Translations under genes and position numbers: made by a program
Notes under the pieces: model-generated
Seen by the model: only the letters and a program-made list of their open reading frames with translations
Told to the model about the DNA's origin: nothing
The model's database searches: none
Part shown: piece after piece, positions 26,253 to 37,596 of the stretch
How positions within the stretch are numbered: the first letter of the stretch is position 1
Layout of the letters: each line of letters begins with the position of its first letter
Source of the DNA: Eledone cirrhosa
Lineage: Eukaryota
Length of the DNA: 64,000 bases
Reading direction: 5' to 3'
Assembly (NCBI GenBank): GCA_964016885.1
Contig: OZ024743.1
Coordinates: 157,046,001 to 157,110,000 of the forward strand

Positions 26253-27904
26253 ATACATTAAGAAATAATGTTCTTCGATATTGTATTGTTTCAAAATGTT
26301 TGAACCACTCAAATGTATCTTCTTTACTTTCACAGTATTTAATGGTCATAGGAAAAGCATAAAAACGTCACCTAAGTACTTCTCGTTTCGAGTTATATAT
26401 ATATAGAGATATTCAGTGAGAATTAAAATAGGAGGCTGAGGAAATAACATATTTCTTCTCGAAATTCTCTTTACTGAAATACCTATTCAAGTGCTTTGAA
26501 ACTATAGAAAGATTAATAAACGCTTGTTAACATTTGCATGATTCAAATACGGAAGTTTCCTTAAACGTGGGCGTTACTATTTCACACAGAGTTCACCTGT
26601 GGCTGCGTTTCATGTTCGTCAGTCTTTAACTGGAAGTAAATAATGGAAAGCAACTTCGGTCAGACTGTGTCACTTTTGATACTCCAGTAACTCTCTGTTA
26701 TAATTTAAGTAGAACATAAAGAATTGCTTCAGAGATAAGGTAATATAGCATTGTTGTTTATGTGGATTTTCACTGGTTCGGTTGCTTTATTGCAATGAAG
26801 CAAGATTCGACGCAATCCACGAAACTTAGATTGGAAATATGAAGCAATAATTCTGATAGAAAGAAAACTTTTCAATTAAAAGTATATGGAGAAGAATCCT
26901 ATATATATTTCTGATTTATTTCGAGAAGGCATTACATATTATAGGGAGCTTGGATAACTGAATTTATTGTCTATAAGTGAAATTATTCAGTCAATGTATA
27001 TATGATTCACAAAATGTGTCCTTACAATGAATGTCTGATTTGAAAATAGACTCTTAAAGGACGATATGTTAGAAATTGAATGTCAGAGATATTTATGTAG
27101 TAATAGGTTTGTAAATTGGTTTTATTGTCAAATTAATGAGATGCGTGGTGATATTACACACACACACAGAAATACACTGATCTCACATAACCACATAGGT
27201 GTATGCACAAGCATACATGCACACAACACACACAGACACACAGGCAAACATGGAAAGACAATCACATAATTACAGTTTAAAGATACTCACAGAAACACAT
27301 ATCCCGAGATACATATATCGAGGTGTCAGTTTGCATTTTCATGTTTGTGTTAATTTATATACGCAGGCATATATATCGTTACATATATACATATATGTGT
27401 ACATACATACATGCGTACACACATAGATGCATACATACATACTTACATACATTCATGATTACATACATATACACATACGTATATACATAATACATGCATG
27501 CATACATACTTACGTATATACATGCATACACAATTATAGCTTACGTGAATGTACATTAGCTGGTGTATTTGTTTATACTACATCAGTTAAATTCTATGCG
27601 TACTACTACTTGCCAAGTACGATATAAGGTAAGAGTGAGAAAGTCAATTGCAGATGGTGCCATGCCAAGCAAGATTCTAAACAAGAAAGCAGTAGTTAAT
27701 CATTCAGACCAAAAATTGTTGCCATAGTGCAATGCAAAGGTGAATTTAATAAGGTTTTCGATAAAATACGATAATTCAATTTGACAATATGTTGAGTTAT
27801 TCAAACTAGAACTGTGTGCCTTCCCCGAAAGTGTTACTTGTATGTATTAAGAAGTCTTAAAATTCGGCTGTGTTCCCATTAGTAGAAGAGTAAAGGATTG
27901 GTCG

Positions 27905-27940
27905 TAATAACGATTTCTTTATTGGCCACAAGGGCCGAGA
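27905..27940 (-). mobile_element. Tiny Tx1 3'-end fragment
   Basis: Minus strand ggcccttgtggccaataaagaaatcgttatta matches the Tx1 3' terminus. Confidence 0.65.
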
Positions 27941-28147
27941 ATTGACCATAGTAGTAACATTAAACTTCTGTCAGCCTAATTCAATTCCTGATACTAAGGT
28001 GATGATATATCTGCTCCTTCATACTATAACGTACACAACCAATTCATCTGGGGGTCTTTTCTTACCAACACACACACACACATACTGACATGCACACGTA
28101 AATATACACACACACACGTATATGTACATATATATATATATATATTC

Positions 28148-28211
<64 letters not shown>

Positions 28212-28276
28212 GTATGTGTATGTGTGTGTGTGTGTGTGTATGTGTGTCCCTGTCTGTGTGTGCGTGTGTTTGTTTA

Positions 28277-28430
28277 TCATCATCATCGTTTTTACGTCCG
28301 TTTCTCTAAGCTTGCATGAGTTGTGCAAGTCCTTTTCAGCAAAGCATCTCTCCGCTCGCCTCGTTTCTTTGTCATCTCCTTTGTGAGTCTCACCGATTGG
28401 AGCTCACCACTGCGCAGGTCTTTTTCGAAC
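28277..28430 (-). mobile_element. RTE-type 3'-end remnants with (GAT)n tail
   Basis: A (CAT)n run followed by sequence whose minus strand reads like an RTE C-terminus (..[12 protein letters not shown]-like). Confidence 0.45.
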
Positions 28431-28639
28431 TACCACTAATGTGGCTTCCAACCACTGGCATATATTGACGTCACAATTAATTGGGATATGAATTCAAGAG
28501 CAAGAGAGTCAGTATGTATATCACTGAGAAATAATAACCTTCTCATCAAAGCGAGGAAACGATATTCAAGGTTCTCCACTAGAAGAATGTATTATGTCAG
28601 ATGATTAAACACACGCTAGAACTTATAGATGATATACAC

Positions 28640-29335
28640 ACACCTTCTTTAAGAAGGAATGCTAATGGCTTCACAAGAGCAGGGCCTCAGAATGAAATGG
28701 GTGAATAAACATATTGCCAAGAAGGAGGGTATCTCACTCTGTAGGATCTGTGGAGAGAGAGAGAGATGAATGTGGCTACATCGTATCTGAGTGTAAACAC
28801 CTAACCCAGGCTCATTATAAAGGATGGAAGCATGACATAATAGGAAAGATGATTCGCCAGAATTTATGCAAACTGAATAATTTACCACATTATGAGAAGT
28901 GGTATGAGCATAAGCCAGAGTCGGTGATAGAAAACGATCAGGTGAAGGTGCTATGGGAATTTAGGATACAGACGGACAAAAATTAGAACACAATAGGCCT
29001 GACCAGGTGGTATTGGACAAGGAAAAAAGATCGTGCCTGATTGTAGATGTAGCCTGCCCCTTTGACACAAGAGTACTAGAAAAGTAGAAGGAGAAAATTA
29101 ACCGATAACATGATTTAAATGGGAGTTAATAAGGATTTGGGACTGTCATGAGATCAAGATCATCCCAATTGTTTTAGGAGCACTAGGTACTATCTCAAAG
29201 GGTTTTCAAGGATGGTTACAGAACATTAGTCCAGCCCCCTTTTTTGGAACGCTTCAAAACACATGCTTGCTGGGAACATCAAGAACCCTCCAATACGTCC
29301 GGAATATCTGAGGATGCAGGTAGCGGCTTGATGTA
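28640..29335 (+). pseudogene. R4/Dong-like C-terminal fragment (zinc-knuckle remnant + restriction-like endonuclease)
   Basis: CRIC..E..YIVSECKHL..HY..KHD, WYEHKPESVIENDQVKVLWEFRIQTD, HNRPD, DVACPFD, IPIVLGALG. Confidence 0.8.
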
Positions 29336-29339
29336 CATT

Positions 29340-31448
29340 TGAACAAACTTTCCAGTTAAATAGTATCAATGACTGAGACTCAAAAAACAATAATACTGAT
29401 AACAAATGATCTATCTCGCAAGAAGCAGAAGGACTGTAAGCGAAGCTCATCTGGCTGTAAGGATCAGCTTTCGATTAACAAAATGATACTGGAAGATTGT
29501 CATAATAGTCACAAAAATCTATCAATTGCTTGGATAGATTACAAAAAAGCATTTGATAGTTTGCCACACAGTTGGATTGAAAAGTATTTAGAGATTTTCA
29601 AAATATCTCCCTTGTGTCGGGAGGTTCCTGTCATTCAGTATGAAAACCTGGAAAACGTCACTCCTTTTGAATAGTAAAAGGAAATCACCGGAAGCTGGAG
29701 AAGTTAATATTAAATGTGGAATTTTTCAGGGTGACCCTTTATCACAGCTTTTATCCTGCATCAAATTTATACCATTAAGTAAAATGCTCAATGAAACAAA
29801 ACATGGATATAAAGTCTATGACAAAACCATTAATCACTTGTTCTACATGGATGACCTGAAACTATTTGCAAAAACTGATGGGCAATAGCAAGGGCTACTA
29901 TCCACTGTGAAGCAGTTCAGAGATGATATTAAAATGGAGTTTGGACTACATACATGCGCCAAAGCCATGTTTACCAGAGAAAAGCTGCTGAGAAGTTCAG
30001 GCATTAATCTTGGTCGGGGGAATGTGATAAGAGAAGTGGATCAAGAGGAAACTTACAAATATCTAGGTGTTTTGTGAAGGAGGCGGAATAAAGTGAAAGG
30101 ATAAGGAAGGAATGTTACCGCAGAGTAAGGGAGTTGAATGTAAGGAATAGGATCGATGCCATAAAAACACTTACCATACCAGTAGTAACTTATAGTTTCA
30201 ATGTCATCAAATGGTCAAGCACAGAGATCCGTGCACAGAATGCATAACCCTAAGGCAGATACATGTTAAATATATCTACCTGGGAAAGATGGAGGACGTG
30301 GATTAATCCAGATAGATATTGCTTTGAAAACTGCAACAATTAAATTATCTACATATCTAAGGGAGGCATATCATTGGATGATCAAACTCGTTTTGAAACT
30401 TGAAAGCATCAAAAGATCATACTCCATTACAAAAGATGCACAAAGATACATTAATGAGCTACAAATTTCAGAAGTTCCTTTTACTGCTGGAATGAAAAAT
30501 ACAGAAAAATCAAAGCAGGTAAAAGTAACTGCAAAGAAAGAACTGCTAAGAAACTGGCTAAGAAATGGCAAGTGAAGCCTCTGGATTGAAAATACCCAGA
30601 AAGGGCTAACAATCCTGATGTTGACAAAGTTTTAGTCCATCCTCTGGACTGAAATTGGAGACTGAAGGACTGATTATATCTGCACAAAATCAGTGTCTGC
30701 CAACAAAAAATTATCAAACCATCATAATAAAAAATGGATGCAACCCATTATGCCGTGTATGTAAAAAACAACCAGAGACCATTGATCATATAATTTCAAT
30801 GTGCAGTCCTATAGCTCCAACCGAATACCCAAACAGGCACAGCAGAGCTGCACAATATATACACTGGGTAATGTGTTAGCATTTTGACCTGTCCCGTCAA
30901 AAGAATTGGTGGGAGCATCAACCACCTCTCGTACTTGAAAAAGATCACATCTCAATCTTGTGGAACTTTAGAATCAAAACAGACTGAAAAATAAATGCAA
31001 ATAGACGTGATAAAATAACTGAAAGATTTAAAAGGCGTCTATGCCGGCTAATTGATATGTCCGTTACAACAGACACGAATGTACCTATAAAAACATTTGA
31101 AAAATAGAGCAAGTATAAAGATCGGGAGATAGAGATTCGAAAATGTGGAAGTTGAGAACTAAAACAATACCAGTGGTTGTAGGCGCCCTAGAAATGATAC
31201 CTAAGGGGTTAATGATTACTTATCCCAAATCCCAGAAAACCCGCGTACAGTAGAAGTACAAAAGATAGTACTAATGGGAACTGCCCATATACTAAGGAAG
31301 TACATCACAGGTCTAAATATCTAAAGATACATGTATGTGTGTATGGGTTCTTTCTTGAACATAGCGGAGCTTGTTGTCTCTTGAGGTCACTGTTGTGATT
31401 TAGTGATAACACGTATGAACATAAAGACATTTAAATGAATTAATAATA
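29340..31448 (+). mobile_element. 5'-truncated degenerate R4/Dong-like LINE (RT, CCHC, RLE) ending in a TAA-rich tail
   Basis: GCKDQL, AWIDYKKAFDSLPHSW, GIFQGD, FYMDDLK, ETEGLIISAQ, CRVCKKQPETIDHIISMC, IPVVVGAL; 3' end ..gaattaataataa. Confidence 0.88.
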
Positions 31449-31449
31449 A

Positions 31450-31742
31450 ATGTTTCTACTTTAGGCACAAGGCCAGCAATTACCCAGTGCATTACTGATA
31501 CTTTACTTTATCGACCCTGCAACGATGAAAGGCAAAGTCAACCTCGGCGGGATTTGAACTCAGATCGTAAAGGGACGTAACTATACTGGAAAGCTTGGCG
31601 TCCGACCCTCTACCGATACTGCCAATCCACACCAATGAATTAATAATAATAATAATTGTTTCCACTTTTGGCACAAGGCCAGCAATTATATCAGTGTCTT
31701 GATGGTTCATTATTTTATTGACCCCTTGTGGATAAAAGGTAA
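31450..31742 (-). mobile_element. Two SINE family 1 copies (31450-31633 full length; 31657-31742 partial)
   Basis: Same sequence as 9279-9463. TSD aatgaattaataat at 31434-31447 and 31634-31647; the second copy begins at (AAT)n. Confidence 0.85.
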
Positions 31743-31743
31743 A

Positions 31744-33905
31744 ATAATAATAATGATAATAATAATAATAATAATGATTTCTTTATGGGCCACAAGCGCT
31801 GACATCAAGAAAAACATTACAGACAGCAGAGGACGGTAGGATGTGGGTTTTGTGCGTGTAAATATGTTTATTATTTATATAAGAAAAGAAAAAAAAGGAC
31901 ATAGAAACATATATATATATAAACAATAAAAATGAACATTGAAACAATGAAAAATTCCCCAATAGGGAGGAGACCTCCGAGGGTTACTCGTGGCGAAAAC
32001 CACACGAAAGACCACGGCCACCCTGACCACCAGGGCAAGCGCCCTCTCTCAATTGTTCCATTTCTCAACTACAGACGTATATTCAGAGCTGTCCCGTTCA
32101 CTCGGACCATTCTCGCTACATTCACCCACCCTTCAACAAACTTGCTAGAAGGCAGCACTTGCCTCTCCACCCTGATTTTCCTCTTCAAGTGAAACTTGAA
32201 AAAGTTAATTAGGTATTCGCCACACAATTTCTTTCGCCATGGCCATCAGGCAGATGAAAACCGCCTGCCCTTCTTCCTCGAAGGAAGGTGGCGAGACCAT
32301 CTGCACAATGGACTCAGTCGTTAACCGGATAAGTTCTACATGCGACAGCAACTGTTCGACATAGCTCTACAAGTCAGCAATGCTCGGGCACTGAACGAGT
32401 GCGTGCACGAAGGTTTCCTCACTCTGCGCGCATCTCGGACAGGCTCGGCTGACGGCACTTCCATGCCTGTAGAGCTTATCTCGAACCGGCAGCGCTCCCC
32501 GGTAACACTGCCAGGCCAGGGCTGAAAGTTCTCCGGAAGAGAGCAAACAGCTGATCTTCTTCGACGCCCAGAATCTCACCGAGAATGTCGTCGCTCTTCC
32601 TCACCACTAGTCCTCTATAGAACTGGCAGAGAGCAGTGAGCGCCTGGAGACATTCCAATTTCCAAGCGCTATCCCTTGGTCTTTTCCTTACCCAGAACTG
32701 TAGCTCCGTCAAGGAGACGAGCTGTGGGAAAACGTGCCTGGCGAACGGTCACCACACCTGTTCACCGTCAAGCAAGCACCAGAGAGGTCGCAGCCTCAGC
32801 GCATGTTTGCGCATGATCAGCCATGGCATGCCCAGTCCTCCAGGTAACGGGTGTTGACAGTAGATGGATCGTCTGATCATGGGAGCGCGTCCCTTCCACA
32901 AAAAGCGGAAGAGGAGGCGCTCCATTTCGGTGAGAGTCGGGCTGGAGCAAGAGACAACGGTGAGGAAGTAGCAGTGACGGATGCGATGTACGCATTCGCC
33001 ACCTCCGCCCGGCCTTTCAAGGACAGCTTCCTTTCGGCCCATTTCTGGGTGATGGAGGCCACCCTGCTCGTCACCTCGTTCCAGTTTTTCTCCATCCGGT
33101 CCGAACCAGACCCCGAGCAATTTAACCGGTCCGTCCGTCCAACGCCCCACGACGCTGCCGGACGGCATGGACTTGCCTCTCCAGGTGCCGAGTTGCAAGC
33201 CCACCGACTTTTCCTGGTTTATCTTTGGTCCTGTCACCGCTTCGTATTCCTTGAGAGCGGTGCCGAGCATCTGGACGTGTCTGGTGCTGGACACCACCAC
33301 GGGCACGTCATCGGCGTAAGCCGACTCGGATATCCCGCATCCTAGTTCGCGTGGGACACCCCTCATCGCCCCCAGTTTGTGCAGTAACGGCTCGCGAGCC
33401 AATACGTACAAGAGGGACGAGAGGGGACAACCTGGCGGACTGAGCGCATGATGCTGAACGGCTGCGGTGGTGACCATTCACCCTCAGAACTGAGCCGATG
33501 TCGCTGTACATCGTAGCGATCCAATCCCTGAAAACGGGCCTGAAACCGGCTGCCTCGAGGACCGCCGCCAGGGGCCGATGGTCGACCCTATCGAATGCTT
33601 TGGATTGATCCAAGTTTATCAGGGCGCCACCCATGCCAGGCTCCTTAAGCACCCTCTCTATGATGTATCGCATGAGGTGGAGGTTGTCGTGTATGGATCT
33701 GTCCGGAATGGCGCATATCTGCGCCTCTCCCACCAAACCCTTGACAACAAGCGCCAACCTCGTTGCTAACACCTTGGACAAAATCCTGAACTCTTCGTTT
33801 AGCAGGATTATGGGCCTGAAATTATCGATAACATCCCCCTTGTTCGGGTCTTTTCTCAGCAGCGCCACTGCTCCCGGCTCACAAAACTGCGAATGCTCCC
33901 GTTTT
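31744..33905 (-). mobile_element. 5'-truncated degenerate Tx1 LINE (same subfamily as 1575-7480)
   Basis: Minus-strand ORFs NFRPIILLN, DQSKAFDRVDH, YADD and CPRCAQSEETFVHALVQC. 3' UTR is nearly identical to 7166-7470. (ATT)n tail at 31744-31776; another AAT run at about 33940. Confidence 0.92.
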
Positions 33906-34564
33906 GCTGCATATTTGCCTCTAAACATTCCTCTGAAGGAATAATAATAACTTTAACGGATAAATTTGTTTTACTGTTGTACAGATTGGAATTTCCTCCA
34001 GCAACATCCTTAAAGACAATTATGATTCTTCTCTGAAGATTCTAAAGTGCATCTTCTTTATAATAATATATATGCATTTGCATATATATAGACCTGTTGT
34101 ATTGTTATTGGACTTTGCACGAAACACAGTGAAATAAGTAAATCTTGTTTTTAAATGTATTGCCTTCTCCTCCATATATATATATATATATATTTGCTTA
34201 TATATATATATGTGTGGGGGGGGGGGCGTGTGTGTGTGTAAAGAATAAAAGTAACCAGGATTAAATTACATTAAATTATTTGATTAATTTACGAATGTTT
34301 CTATAAATACAATGAGAAAATACATTATCTCAGTATTCATTTCTTCAGAATCTATTAAACAGCCTAAATAACGTACTTAGTTACGAACATGTTCGAACAT
34401 CTCCATTCCGAAACGAAAACAAATCTTAAAAATTCATTTTGGAAAACTTAAAAACTTAAACACGCAATTCATCTTTATTAGTCATAAGATTATAACATAC
34501 AGTGAATAAAGTTTCACTTTGCTTGAATTTTACACTCACATGCAGGTAATTTTTTTTTTTTTAG

Positions 34565-34780
34565 GATCGATCGACTTTCGTCAAATCGGACTGAGGAAAC
34601 AATGTTTCCGTTGGTCTTTCCAGTTGCTAGTACTATCCATCGGTCGCAACTCAATGTGGAAGGAGCAACGTGAAATAAAGTGTCTTGCTCAAGGACATAA
34701 CGCATCGTCCGGTCCAGGTGTCGAACTCACAACCTCAAGATTGTGAATCCAATTCTCTAAACACTCAGGTTCACGCCTTC
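34565..34780 (-). mobile_element. tRNA-derived SINE (family 2) with CORE/V-like domain
   Basis: Minus strand box B GAGTTCGACACC followed by tgtccttgagcaagacacttt. Confidence 0.65.
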
Positions 34781-35582
34781 ACTTATAATATACATGCACG
34801 TATAATATACACTAAAATGATATTATATATGAATACAACTAGAACTAATAATTCTAATAATACTTATTAATTGAAGTAAAAACATTTATAAGATTAACAT
34901 TAATAGAATATATTAAGAAAATGTGTGAATGCTTAATTTAATAATAAACATATCAATCACTAGAAGTCCTTGATACTAAGACACTAATCAATCTAAACAC
35001 GTAAACCATATTAAGAGACACAAAATTATCATTTTCAGAATAAAAGGTTATAATTGTAAGGTCAGGCAAACATAATCAAATACACATATACACATATACA
35101 CACACTCCCACGTACACGTACACACACATATATATATATATATACATACACACAGATACATATATATATATGCGAAGCACACACACACACATATATATAT
35201 ATATGTGTGTCTGTGTGTGCCTATCTCCGTGTGTGCGTGTGTCTATCTCCGTGTGTGTATCTGTCTCACTGTGTGTATGTGTGTGCGCGCGTACATATAT
35301 ACATATATTTATCTATCCTATTATATTGTATGATATGGTATATAATTGTATTATTTATTATTTATTATATGTGCTACTTATAATTATATCATATTATTAC
35401 CTCATGTATATTGGGTAGATGTATTAGTATTATTATTATTATTATTGACGAAAGTGGATGTACGTTTTTTGAAGCTCCGTGAGTAAGCAATTTTTGAGGA
35501 TTAATTGTAGAGAATTGTTTATTTTTTGTACCGCTGAAGCATTATAAGACATTAATTTGTATCCTGTGAAGGAATAACTCAT

Positions 35583-35610
35583 AATATTTGGGCCTTTTGG
35601 CCCAAATATT
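35583..35610 (+). promoter_or_regulatory. Perfect 12-bp 5' UTR hairpin (present in all four copies)
   Basis: aatatttgggcc-tttt-ggcccaaatatt, 46 nt upstream of the ORF1 ATG. Confidence 0.6.
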
Positions 35611-35656
35611 TGAACTTTATTTTGAAAAAAAATAATAATTTTTTTCTCAAAAAAAC

Positions 35657-37567
35657 ATGGCGGAGCCACGCCCCCTAGAGGCGGGTCTGCTGTCGTGCAA
35701 CGGCGACTTGAGCGTTGAGAGGAGAGGTGAGGCGAGGAGCGCCACCAGCACGAATGTGAGCAGCGACAGTGCCAGCACCAACGGGCCGAGCGGCGCGGAA
35801 GGTGGTAACAGCGACAACACCAACACCAACAAGCCGAACAGCGCAGAAGGTGGTAATAGCGAGAGCACCAACAAAACGAACAGCACAGAGAGTAATAGTA
35901 GCGACAGCAGCAGCACCAACAAGGCCAACAGCACAGAAGGTAACCACGACACAGGGGAGAACAACAACAGCAATAGCAGCAGCAACACCAACAAGAACAA
36001 CAACAGTGACAACACCAACAAGAACACTTTCGCTGCTGTGGCAGCGGCTAAAAGGAGACCATGCTACAGCATCGACTTAACCAACAGAGAGGAAAAGTTG
36101 GCCCAGGCCTGGAAAATCATAAATCAAGAGCAGACCTGGGCAAACTTAACTGTCCCGGCAGAAGCCATTGAGGCAGTGGAAAAAAGAACGGTGCATTTCA
36201 GATGCATCTCAGTAGAGACAAAGAGGGCAGCGATAATCGCCCAAGCTGACATAGAAGCCGCACTGAAATACATCAGAGAGGACACAGACTTCATAGAGAG
36301 GGGCAGGCAATACGGCACCGTTTCGGTGCTGTTCAAGTCTGAAGCCCTCGCTGTGAAGCATTCAATGACCCCTTGCAAAACCAGCAAGGTCATAATGTAC
36401 CCCTCCCACATGGGAAAACGAATAGCACGTGTGCGCATTCCCAGGATTCCACCAGGACTTGATATGTGGTGGCTCCTGGGTTGCGTAATCGTGGAAGGAA
36501 CGGATACAGTCCCGGTAGAGGCAACGAGAACTGCCAGGGACGACTGGTCCGGGGTTGATCTGGAGATACTGCTCCAAATCAGACCCGAAAACGTAAAAAC
36601 AATCCCGGACCACATCCGCCTCCAAAACGGGAGGGTGTTGCATATAATGACTGAGGGCAAAAGGCCGCATTGTTTCCTTTGTGGGGAAACGACACACTTG
36701 CGAGCCTTCTGCCCTCAACTGCCGAAAAGCGCAAGGGGTCGAAAGATTCCACTGCTGGCGACGCCGGGACAAGGACCACCAGCAACACCGTCAACAATGG
36801 AACCACCAAAATTGCACACCCAGGGGGGAAACGAGGAAAGCTCTCCCATTCCCCCTCCCCTCAAAAATACACACAGGAACAAGAACATAAACACTCACTC
36901 AGACACAAACACGCTCACAGCCACAGACCCCTCATCCTCCAGCAGTGAAGATGAGGGAAAACCAAAGTCCCCCAAAATACAAAAAACAAAACACAAAAAA
37001 AAAAGAAATCCACAAAGCACAAACACCCCCACAAAAAAAAATACACACACCACCCACACAAACATTTTCCCCACAGCATCACCAACACAACCACCAAAAT
37101 CCCCCAAACGCAAACAAGCTAAACAGACACAAGAACAAATAGACACACAAACATCAGAAACTACAGACACCCCACCCACAACAAACGCAGACACAATAGA
37201 AACAACACTAACAAAGCTATCACCACCACAATCACACGAACAAATAAAACCCGAGCAACAAAACATTAAAAACTTCGTGCTTGCCAGAAGGGCCAACACG
37301 GAATTGATGGCCCATGTAGCACGAAGCACAAACATCGAAAAAGACGGGGAAACATTTGAAGCGAGCACATTTCGCGTACCAGATAATTTGCTTCTGATGC
37401 GAATGTCGCTCGCTTCATACAAAGAAATTCGAAAGAGCTTTCCTCGGGATGTGGGAACCCCGAACGTAAAACCCACGTCAAGACTATTAAAGGGGTTCCC
37501 AAAAGAAACCCCACAAACCATGGAGGTCGAACCACCCGACCTTCACAAGACCCCGGAAGGTAAGTAA
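35657..37567 (+). CDS. LINE ORF1p, nucleic-acid-binding protein with CCHC knuckle (copy 1)
   Basis: 636 aa: S/N/T-rich N-terminus, TFAAVAA motif, putative RRM-like region, CFLCGETTHLRAFC (CX2CX4HX4C), disordered T/P/K linker. Confidence 0.92.
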   Translation: MAEPRPLEAGLLSCNGDLSVERRGEARSATSTNVSSDSASTNGPSGAEGGNSDNTNTNKPNSAEGGNSESTNKTNSTESNSSDSSSTNKANSTEGNHDTGENNNSNSSSNTNKNNNSDNTNKNTFAAVAAAKRRPCYSIDLTNREEKLAQAWKIINQEQTWANLTVPAEAIEAVEKRTVHFRCISVETKRAAIIAQADIEAALKYIREDTDFIERGRQYGTVSVLFKSEALAVKHSMTPCKTSKVIMYPSHMGKRIARVRIPRIPPGLDMWWLLGCVIVEGTDTVPVEATRTARDDWSGVDLEILLQIRPENVKTIPDHIRLQNGRVLHIMTEGKRPHCFLCGETTHLRAFCPQLPKSARGRKIPLLATPGQGPPATPSTMEPPKLHTQGGNEESSPIPPPLKNTHRNKNINTHSDTNTLTATDPSSSSSEDEGKPKSPKIQKTKHKKKRNPQSTNTPTKKNTHTTHTNIFPTASPTQPPKSPKRKQAKQTQEQIDTQTSETTDTPPTTNADTIETTLTKLSPPQSHEQIKPEQQNIKNFVLARRANTELMAHVARSTNIEKDGETFEASTFRVPDNLLLMRMSLASYKEIRKSFPRDVGTPNVKPTSRLLKGFPKETPQTMEVEPPDLHKTPEGK

Positions 37568-37596
37568 ACCTTTCCTCTCCCATTCATCCTGCCAGC

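Noticed and set aside
35647-37583. Antisense ORFs (126, 178, 208 aa, Leu/Val-rich) repeated in each unit
   Set aside because: They are shadows of the AAC/ACA-skewed ORF1 strand and recur only because the unit is repeated.
37560-37595. 36-nt GT..AG mini-intron fusing ORF1 to ORF2
   Set aside because: Its length is a multiple of 3 while ORF2 is in a different frame, so splicing yields A-W-P-stop rather than a fusion. It is also very short for a spliceosomal intron.
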